This document shows positions 9,168-16,676 of a DNA stretch of 40,688 bases, in pieces; positions within the stretch are counted from its first letter, which is position 1; each line of letters opens with the position of its first letter. The notes beneath the pieces were generated by a model. It did no database searches. It was not told the origin of the DNA and saw only the letters and a program-made list of their open reading frames with translations. This DNA is from Candidatus Hodarchaeota archaeon (GTDB taxonomy: Archaea; Asgardarchaeota; Heimdallarchaeia; Hodarchaeales; Hodarchaeaceae): contig JAEOTC010000159.1 of the NCBI GenBank assembly GCA_016840035.1, positions 1 to 40,688 of the forward strand, written 5' to 3'. A program made the translations under genes and the position numbers.

Positions 9168-10220
9168 TTATTCTGGAAATGAATCCTGTTCTAACAATTT
9201 TTCAATTAAATTACATCGTAGCGCGATTTCCGCTTGTATCCCTGTTTCTCCTCCAAAAATATCCCCCATATGTTGAATATTGAGTATACTCATTAGTATC
9301 ATTAATGCCAGATGAAAATTGATGGGAATATAAGTTTTGGAATAATAATCACGAAGACTAGATTGATTGTGTGCTAATATCTCTTTATAACCTGTCAGAA
9401 ATGATTTTATGTTCATGGCTAATTTGGTTAATGATCTATCACTTCTGTACTGATCCACTGCTTCAACCGCGAAGAAATTACATATATCTTCCAGTCGATC
9501 ATGCTCAAAAGAACCATCAAGATATTCAGGATCAATAATATGAGTTTGAATCATTGGATTCCTCCCAACTTTTACATCGAAAATTAAATTGCCAGGATGA
9601 AAATCCCCGAAAGAAGGACTACCAGAATTTTGTGATGCTTCCTCTGCGCGGGGTATAACTCGATTAAAACAGTTATGCAAATGTGTTTTCTTATCAGTAG
9701 AGATTGGCGCAGAATCAAGACTGCGTGTAATAAGTAGTTTATATTTATCAAACCAAACTCGATTATTCTCAATGCCATGGAATGCAGCCAAACCTCGACC
9801 TGCATACCGGTATTTTTGTGGTTTAGGAATTTTGGAATCACGGAAAACATCTCCTTGTATTCCTTCCATAATAATTACACTCCCTGAAAAGAAAATTACC
9901 GAAGCGGACGCTATACCCATTTTTGAGTATTGCATTAACCGTTTATCCAATAGGTTGATTCGATTAACTACATCTAAAGCCTGATCTGATTGATCATAGA
10001 TTTTAACAGCAATACTAGCATCATCTGAACCAACATCAGAATCAAGAGAAACCCTGACAAGATGAATACCTGTTGCGCCTAATTTCTTTTCTACTGTAAT
10101 GTTTTTAACTTCAATTTTACTAGGCGCCTTCTTATAGGCTTTTTCCAAGTGAGATACGAAATAATCTGAAAACCCCTCAATTATCCTCATCAAAACAATT
10201 TGGATGCGTTCTTGACTCAT
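9168..10220 (-). CDS. Aminoglycoside-phosphotransferase-like / protein-kinase-like fold kinase
   Basis: IAVKIY, IIMEGI, GRGLAAFH, Brenner motif FGDFHPGNL, IIDPE. Confidence 0.85.
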   Translation of the reverse strand: MSQERIQIVLMRIIEGFSDYFVSHLEKAYKKAPSKIEVKNITVEKKLGATGIHLVRVSLDSDVGSDDASIAVKIYDQSDQALDVVNRINLLDKRLMQYSKMGIASASVIFFSGSVIIMEGIQGDVFRDSKIPKPQKYRYAGRGLAAFHGIENNRVWFDKYKLLITRSLDSAPISTDKKTHLHNCFNRVIPRAEEASQNSGSPSFGDFHPGNLIFDVKVGRNPMIQTHIIDPEYLDGSFEHDRLEDICNFFAVEAVDQYRSDRSLTKLAMNIKSFLTGYKEILAHNQSSLRDYYSKTYIPINFHLALMILMSILNIQHMGDIFGGETGIQAEIALRCNLIEKLLEQDSFPE

Positions 10221-10443
10221 AGTCAGGCCACTTAGTGCTTTTTACTGATTCTGGACTAAAAATTTTATGTCAATTCGGAAGCAATCAATTTTAGCTTAGA
10301 ATAAATTTCTTGAGGTTCACATAAATATAAATGTATTTAATTCGATAAAGAGCGGAGTGCAGCATACCACTTCTAAACAAATAGCTTGAAATTTTGTGAA
10401 CTAACTGAAAAGATCTGAGTATCCCATTTTAACATATACTTAT

Positions 10444-11364
10444 CTAGTACCAATTCAGAACAGTATTCAATCGCATAAAGGTATCGGTTTCTAGCTGATG
10501 AATTTTAACGCCTTTTTGAATTTCGATATGAAAGTCAGTTGTCCCCACTCCAACCCATGGACCGGAATCCATGAACTTTAATGAAATTTCGTGTCTTTGC
10601 TCTAGAGTTTCCACTCCTCGAATAACATTCTCCCCTTCGATAATAATGTGTTGAAGTCCCTCTATTCCAGATGTCTCTAAAGAGATCCTAATCTTTAAAA
10701 AGGAAATATTCAATCGGTGTTGTGGATCATCTGGAGAAATGGCCAATTTTTTGATGAGTCGTGCACGAATTGGTTTTGAAGAAACTTTTTCTGGGGTTGA
10801 ACTTAGATAGGGAAGTAGTTCTTCTTTTAACAATGGTTCAGCAAGTGGTTTCATTTCTAGAAGAATTTTGTTTATCGATGGGAGGTAAATAAAACGATAG
10901 TTATCGCGCAATGACCGTGTTCTTGATGAAAATTCAATAACCAGTAAAAGAGCATGTTCACAAAGGTCGATTACAGAAAATTTTGCGGTAATTTTGCTTG
11001 CATCGTTTGGTAAGAGCTTTACAAGATCAATCGTTCTTGGTCTTAGCCGAATCTTTGATAGTGATAATGGATTTGATAGTTGATATACTTGCCACCAAAC
11101 ATTTGTAAGAGTTAGAATCCCTGCAAGTTTCTGTAGATGATTCAACCTATTGGAGCTGAGTGATTCAAGGATATTTTGAGTCTTTTCGAGGTTCTCTGCG
11201 GATAACAATCCGTTAGGTTCCAGTTTAATGGAGGTGTTTTGCCACTTGCCAATTATTTCTGAAAAGACGTATGTAGGAAATTGATCCAAATAACTAGTGT
11301 CAATATCCAATAGAATCATCCTTGTAGATTTTGTGCTATTTTTATTAGGTTCGAACTTGGTCAA
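10444..11364 (-). CDS. Uncharacterised protein; candidate CENP-N/Chl4-like (see findings); alternative start at 11319
   Basis: 306-aa ORF overlapping or abutting the Rab gene stop; motifs FPTYVFSEIIGKW, WWQVYQLS, EHALLLVIEF, IRARLIKKL, IIIEGENVIRGVETL. Confidence 0.75.
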   Translation of the reverse strand: MTKFEPNKNSTKSTRMILLDIDTSYLDQFPTYVFSEIIGKWQNTSIKLEPNGLLSAENLEKTQNILESLSSNRLNHLQKLAGILTLTNVWWQVYQLSNPLSLSKIRLRPRTIDLVKLLPNDASKITAKFSVIDLCEHALLLVIEFSSRTRSLRDNYRFIYLPSINKILLEMKPLAEPLLKEELLPYLSSTPEKVSSKPIRARLIKKLAISPDDPQHRLNISFLKIRISLETSGIEGLQHIIIEGENVIRGVETLEQRHEISLKFMDSGPWVGVGTTDFHIEIQKGVKIHQLETDTFMRLNTVLNWY

Positions 11365-11893
11365 AGAAAGATTGAGCTAATCGCTTGAATGCTTCATCAA
11401 CTTGGAGGTTTTCTTTCGCCGAGGCAGATATATACCCTTGAGCTCCGATTTTTTTTGCAAGGGCTTCGCCCTCATCATCCTCTACCATACGATAGTCTTC
11501 AAGATCTGTTTTATTTCCAACTAATATAGTTTGGATTGCTGACCTTGTAGAATCAGGTTGACTACAAAATTCCATTAGTTCTTTATGCCAAGGATCAACA
11601 ATATTCCTTAGCGTTTCAGCTCTTGTAACATCAAATACAAACATGGCTAGATGAGCACCTTTAAAGAACATGTGGCGTATTGCAGCAAACCGCGCTTGAC
11701 CCCCAATATCATTGATACTAAGGGTCACTGTACGACCATCATTTAATTTGATTAGTTTTGATGATATATCTAAACCAACTGTAAGTTGATACGAATTTCT
11801 AAACTTGGCATGGACAAATTGGGAAATTAAGGAAGTTTTACCCACACCAGGGTCACCTAGAAGGACTAATTTCAGTACTAATTTTTGTTTCAT
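11345..11893 (-). CDS. Rab-like small GTPase (probable start ATG 11893, MKQKLVLK; ORF extends to 11974)
   Basis: G1 GDPGVGKTS, G2 YQLTVG, G3 DIGGQ, G4 GNKTD, G5 SAK; RabF-like RFAAI, FFKGA, FVFDVT; no C-terminal Cys. Confidence 0.95.
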   Translation of the reverse strand: MKQKLVLKLVLLGDPGVGKTSLISQFVHAKFRNSYQLTVGLDISSKLIKLNDGRTVTLSINDIGGQARFAAIRHMFFKGAHLAMFVFDVTRAETLRNIVDPWHKELMEFCSQPDSTRSAIQTILVGNKTDLEDYRMVEDDEGEALAKKIGAQGYISASAKENLQVDEAFKRLAQSFFDQVRT

Positions 11894-12097
11894 AATTTGA
11901 ATCCCCTGTCCTGCCCGATAGTTATCTGTAATTCTGATTCCATCCTTTATGCATTTGAGATAAGTGTATTTCATCCAGTATATAAAAAAATCGAAATAGA
12001 GTTATGAGACAATGAAGTCCGTTCAGAACCTCACATTGGTGAGAGGAGGAGAATCAAGAGTATTTTTGAAATATAAAATGTTGATACAAATCCTTCT

Positions 12098-12856
12098 TTA
12101 TTTTTTAGCGATTCTTCTTATTATCCAAATTCTATGGAAGAATTCAAACTTAAATCCGAATTTCATCCCAAGATAAACCCAACGAAATGTATCTGTAGCT
12201 GGTTTAATCCGCGATCGACGTCTTTGTCCCTCATACGTTGTAGTGACGGGAATTTGAGCTATTTTGATGTCTTTCATCCATGCAATAAACATGACTTCAG
12301 TTTCTAAATCAAACTTCCTTGAAGTAAGTCCATAGTCGATTATTTTCTTCAAACTTTCCACTTTGTAGACCCGATACCCACATTGAAGATCATCAATATT
12401 CCATTTTAACCAATATTTACACCAAGTCGAAGTAAGACGATTAGAAATTCTATTTATTGAAGGCATTTGGAAATACATTCTTCTTCCATTGACTATTCCA
12501 AGATCAGGGTTATTTTTTATGGTTGATATAAATTTTGGGATATCTCTGGGTTTATGTTGTCCATCTGCGTCAATTGTAAAAACCCATTTGATATTTGGCA
12601 TTTGTGAGATAATAGTCATGAAAGCTTTCCTTAAAATAAATCCTTTTCCTTGATTTTTCTTATTTTGGATCATTTTTACTCCTAAACGTTTTGCTAACAA
12701 TGGAGTATTATCACTTGACCCGTCATCTGCTATTAAAATCTGTTTTCTTTGGAAATAATTATCTAGTTGGAGGATTAACCCTTTTAATGCCTGTTCTTCG
12801 TTATAGGCCGGTAAAATTACCATGAATTCTTCTGTTGCCAATGGCGGGATCCTCAT
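12098..12856 (-). CDS. GT2 glycosyltransferase, DPM1/polyprenol-phosphate glycosyltransferase-like
   Basis: ILPAYNEE, DDGSSDNT, NQGKG, DADGQH, DLQCGYR, FDLETE. Confidence 0.92.
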   Translation of the reverse strand: MRIPPLATEEFMVILPAYNEEQALKGLILQLDNYFQRKQILIADDGSSDNTPLLAKRLGVKMIQNKKNQGKGFILRKAFMTIISQMPNIKWVFTIDADGQHKPRDIPKFISTIKNNPDLGIVNGRRMYFQMPSINRISNRLTSTWCKYWLKWNIDDLQCGYRVYKVESLKKIIDYGLTSRKFDLETEVMFIAWMKDIKIAQIPVTTTYEGQRRRSRIKPATDTFRWVYLGMKFGFKFEFFHRIWIIRRIAKK

Positions 12857-13221
12857 TGAAGAAATGTAAAATTCCTTTGAATTTGGAAATATTCTAAAGT
12901 TATTGGAAAACTTATTTATCAGTCCTAATTTGAATTTTGATTTATTTTTCTAAATAGTTTAATTCCTACTAGATTCATTAGGTATCCAAATTACGTATAA
13001 AAATTCATAACACGTAATTTTTTTCAGAAAGAATAAAAACAGATGTAAGAAGCCATCACACGGCGTATATGGACGAATTTGAAACATTAGTATTAGGTTC
13101 TAAATGAAATTGATAGAATTACGTTGATAATTCTGAAATACTAATGACACATTCAAATTTTCTCAAATTAATTCACATATGCCAATTATCATTGGAATTA
13201 AACTACATGCGGAGAATCGAG

Positions 13222-13947
13222 ATGGCAACGGACAAGTCTGTCTCTAAAATAGTACATGAACTTTTAGATCAGGATCCCTCTCTCGTACATGAACTTCAAC
13301 AAAGAAAGAGAGCTCAAAGAGAAATAGCGAAGAAAATCAAAGCTCAATTAATTGACAATGAAGAATTTTCTAATAAAGATCCAGTCAAGTTAGAAGGAAA
13401 TGTAGCGGTTGCAATTACACGATATCTGAAACGACTTCGTGAACAGCAAGAGGAGTTCCTTGGGGTAAAACGGGTTCAAAGTGTACTTAAAAGAGGCACA
13501 ACTGAAGTAATAGATGGGTTAAAGCATTATAAAATCAATATTTTTTCTGATAATGATGGTAAGGAAATATTGGATATAATATTTAAGCAGATAAAAAAAG
13601 ATGATCTGAATTCAGCCTATCTCAGTCAGAATAGTGTCGAATTATATGTAAAAAAGATGGCTGAGAACGGTTTCATTGAGACCATTAAAAATTTTAACGG
13701 AGTGGATCTAATTAAACTACATGATTCTCTTAGTCTTCTCCGATTAATGTTACCACAACAAGCCGCTGAAATTCCAGGTATTCTTGCTCATATTTCTTCT
13801 CTCCTAGCTGACCAGGCAATAAGTATCTATGATACAATGGTGCTTCATGAGGATCATCTCATAATTGTTTTTGTAATAAATGAGCAACATGCATCGAAAG
13901 CACGAGATATTTTATTGAAACTCAACAACGATATTTCAACAAATTGA
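13222..13947 (+). CDS. ACT-domain protein with helical N-terminus (archaeal family); probable start ATG 13222
   Basis: C-terminal ACT motif EIPGILAHISSLLADQAISIYDT...FVINEQH; GGAGA upstream of ATG. Confidence 0.75.
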   Translation: MATDKSVSKIVHELLDQDPSLVHELQQRKRAQREIAKKIKAQLIDNEEFSNKDPVKLEGNVAVAITRYLKRLREQQEEFLGVKRVQSVLKRGTTEVIDGLKHYKINIFSDNDGKEILDIIFKQIKKDDLNSAYLSQNSVELYVKKMAENGFIETIKNFNGVDLIKLHDSLSLLRLMLPQQAAEIPGILAHISSLLADQAISIYDTMVLHEDHLIIVFVINEQHASKARDILLKLNNDISTN

Positions 13948-13962
13948 GGGTAGGATTAGAAA

Positions 13963-14601
13963 GTGAAATTAATAATTCTAGGAGCACCTGGTTCGGGGAA
14001 AGGTACTCAAGCGAAATTTATAACCCAGTTGTATCGAATTCCACAAATAAGCACTGGTGATTTGCTGCGAGATGCGGTGAAACATGAAACACACCTTGGA
14101 TTGAAAGCTAAAGAGTATATGAATACAGGTACTCTAGTACCTGATGCTATTGTACTTGAATTACTGAAAGAACGATTGAATAAGGATGATTGTTCGGCAG
14201 GGTATATTCTAGATGGATATCCACGAAATATTTCTCAAGCAGATTCACTAGCGGAAATTACAAACATTGATCTTGTTATCAATATTAGTGTCGATCACAA
14301 GTTATTAGTAGAACGAATTACTGGAAGACGCACTTGTAAGGAATGTGGGGCGATTTTTCACATCCAGTTTAAACGTCCTTCAAAAGAAAACGTTTGTGAT
14401 AAGTGTTCGGGTGAGCTGTTTCAACGAGCTGATGATACCGAAGAAACTGTAAAGAAACGCCTCAATACTTATGAAAAACAAACTAAGCCATTAATTGACC
14501 ATTACTCATCACAAGAACTACTTCAGACACTTATTAGTGATGGTACGATTGAAGAAATGCGTCAAAAGGTCAAAGATCTTCTGAAAAATACATTTCCATG
14601 A
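13963..14601 (+). CDS. adk: Adenylate kinase (bacterial/eukaryotic-type, Zn-binding LID)
   Basis: GAPGSGKGT, ISTGDLLR, LDGYPRN, LID CKEC...CDKC, QRADD. Confidence 0.97.
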   Translation: MKLIILGAPGSGKGTQAKFITQLYRIPQISTGDLLRDAVKHETHLGLKAKEYMNTGTLVPDAIVLELLKERLNKDDCSAGYILDGYPRNISQADSLAEITNIDLVINISVDHKLLVERITGRRTCKECGAIFHIQFKRPSKENVCDKCSGELFQRADDTEETVKKRLNTYEKQTKPLIDHYSSQELLQTLISDGTIEEMRQKVKDLLKNTFP

Positions 14602-14605
14602 AAAA

Positions 14606-14640
14606 TTGGGATGATTTTCCCAAAATTCTTTTTATTTCTT
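14606..14640 (+). terminator. Hairpin plus T-tract between convergent genes
   Basis: TTGGGA(14606-14611)/TCCCAA(14618-14623) followed by TTCTTTTTATTTCTT just after the adk stop. Confidence 0.55.
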
Positions 14641-14641
14641 A

Positions 14642-16480
14642 TCAGAATAATTGATCAATTCGATTGATAACTTTCACGTGTGAAGAAACAGCAGCTTCAC
14701 GCGGATTTCCTTCAAGAAGATAAATTATTCGTTCTCCTGTTTCAGGATTTGATTGTAAAAGAAAAGAACAGATTTCGGCATCAGGTACATGTTCTGCAAA
14801 GAATATTAATTTCTTCTTTTTTCTAATTAGTCCTTTCTCTGCAAGAATATCGGGTTCAGCACCTTGACGGATATCTGTAGAGAAATTGAGATGAACAGAC
14901 CAACCAGCTCTTTGTAATCGTCTACCAACCTCGTATCGAATATTTCCCTGGAGTTCACTTGGTACTTCTTCACTCTGAGGTATAGATGCTTGTTGGGAGG
15001 GTTGGATTAATTCGAAAATTTCCGAAGAAGATGGTACCCGTGCATCGGAGCTTTCTTGGTGTGCACTAAAAACCCGCTCGATCTGTGATTCGTTCGTCTG
15101 CTGCACACTAATTTCCTCTGTGGGAATCTGCCTTTCGTACTGTGGAGTCTCCATTTCCAGAACCGGTTCTGGCAGTTCTCTTGGTTCATCTGGTAGACTG
15201 ATATCTGAGTCAAATAACGCCTGTAATGATTCTACAGATGGCGGTCTTAGATTCTCTGTTATTCTTTGAGTTTGAAGATTCGAGCTCAGCTCCTCTAGTT
15301 CCAGAGAAGAGGGTTTTTCTGGAGCTGTAAACGTCATTAGCTCTTCATCTTCTTCGAGAAGTTTATCGACTGGTAAATCCAGATCGCTTCTGGAAAACCG
15401 AAGATCTGTTTGTATCAATCCACGCTGTTGCGATTTCTCAAGACTTTGTGAAACTTCCATTAATTTTTGGGATAATTGGGGATTAATTTCTTTTATTCTC
15501 TCGAGTGATAACTGTTCAAGATAAAAAAGCGCCTCACTAAAATTCTCATTCTCTAAAAAGTGAACAGCAAGATGTAAAATAGCTCGCTGTCGAATTCGAT
15601 CCGTTTCTTCAGATTTATCTTCGATAATAATCTGTTTCAAAAGAGTATTCCGTTGCCAAAATTTTCCTATTGATTGGAGAATTAGAGCAGCCTCATACAG
15701 GATTTTAGTTGACGAGACGTAATCCTTTAAGTACCGAGATTTATTAATACAGATTTCTGAATAAGCAACGGCACGTTGAGAGAGACCATGTGAAGCGAAC
15801 TTTTTCATAATTTCATAGGAGATTGTTACCTGAAAGCGCGCAATTTCTATTTGATTATTCAGATCTCCAATAATTCCTGCTTTATCAAATGCAGTCTCAA
15901 GAATATTGAGTGCTTCTTCTCTTACCCCATCCTTATAATATAGAAATGCCGAGTTCTTGTATAAATCTACAGCAGTTATTGCCTGCTCCTCTAAATCCCC
16001 TGAAATTCTAAATAATTTAGCAGCAGCATATAGATTATTAATTTCGCTATAAGAAAATGCTAATTGCCGAGCGATAATCGAAATCAATCTCGTATCATTT
16101 TCAGGTGTGTTTTTACGGGCCAAATCTAAAGCTAGTTTGAGTAGAATAATAGATGAATCATGAAGACTCATTTTCTGAATATCTAATCCTAATCCATGAA
16201 GAATTGAGGTATAAATGAGTGGTTTTTCGGTTATTATTGTTAAATGATCTGCAGCACGAACTATATTATCTAGTACAAGGTCATACTTCCCTTGATGCGC
16301 AAGCGCAAGGGCAATATTCGCAAAAGATATTCCTACAATATTATCCAAAGCAGGAGAAATATTTTTTCCGATAACTGTTGCTTCTTCAAAGGCCTTGATT
16401 GCATTATCATACTCTTTATTGAAAAGGGCCTGTTTACCTTCTTTAATTCTCTGATTAAGAAGTAGAAGCGGTTCTGTCAT
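14642..16480 (-). CDS. TPR/helical-repeat protein with acidic linker and C-terminal degenerate PD-(D/E)xK-like domain
   Basis: EGKQALFNKEYDNAIKAFEEA and further TPRs; E/P/S-rich linker; VGRRLQRAGWSV...EPDILAEKG...LIFFAE. Confidence 0.7.
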   Translation of the reverse strand: MTEPLLLLNQRIKEGKQALFNKEYDNAIKAFEEATVIGKNISPALDNIVGISFANIALALAHQGKYDLVLDNIVRAADHLTIITEKPLIYTSILHGLGLDIQKMSLHDSSIILLKLALDLARKNTPENDTRLISIIARQLAFSYSEINNLYAAAKLFRISGDLEEQAITAVDLYKNSAFLYYKDGVREEALNILETAFDKAGIIGDLNNQIEIARFQVTISYEIMKKFASHGLSQRAVAYSEICINKSRYLKDYVSSTKILYEAALILQSIGKFWQRNTLLKQIIIEDKSEETDRIRQRAILHLAVHFLENENFSEALFYLEQLSLERIKEINPQLSQKLMEVSQSLEKSQQRGLIQTDLRFSRSDLDLPVDKLLEEDEELMTFTAPEKPSSLELEELSSNLQTQRITENLRPPSVESLQALFDSDISLPDEPRELPEPVLEMETPQYERQIPTEEISVQQTNESQIERVFSAHQESSDARVPSSSEIFELIQPSQQASIPQSEEVPSELQGNIRYEVGRRLQRAGWSVHLNFSTDIRQGAEPDILAEKGLIRKKKKLIFFAEHVPDAEICSFLLQSNPETGERIIYLLEGNPREAAVSSHVKVINRIDQLF

Positions 16481-16676
16481 AATCTCAATCCTAATTAATT
16501 AGGGTAATTTCTTAAAATTTTTGATATAGTATCAATTTTTCCGAAGTACGAGTAGTGCTGTTTTAGAACTAAGAGATTGGTAAAGTTAAAAACCATTTAC
16601 TAAAACCCTCCAGATAGATCTTGGAGGACCAGTCTTCCCAGAGATTTGTAAAATATCTTGAAAAAGAACGATTGCT

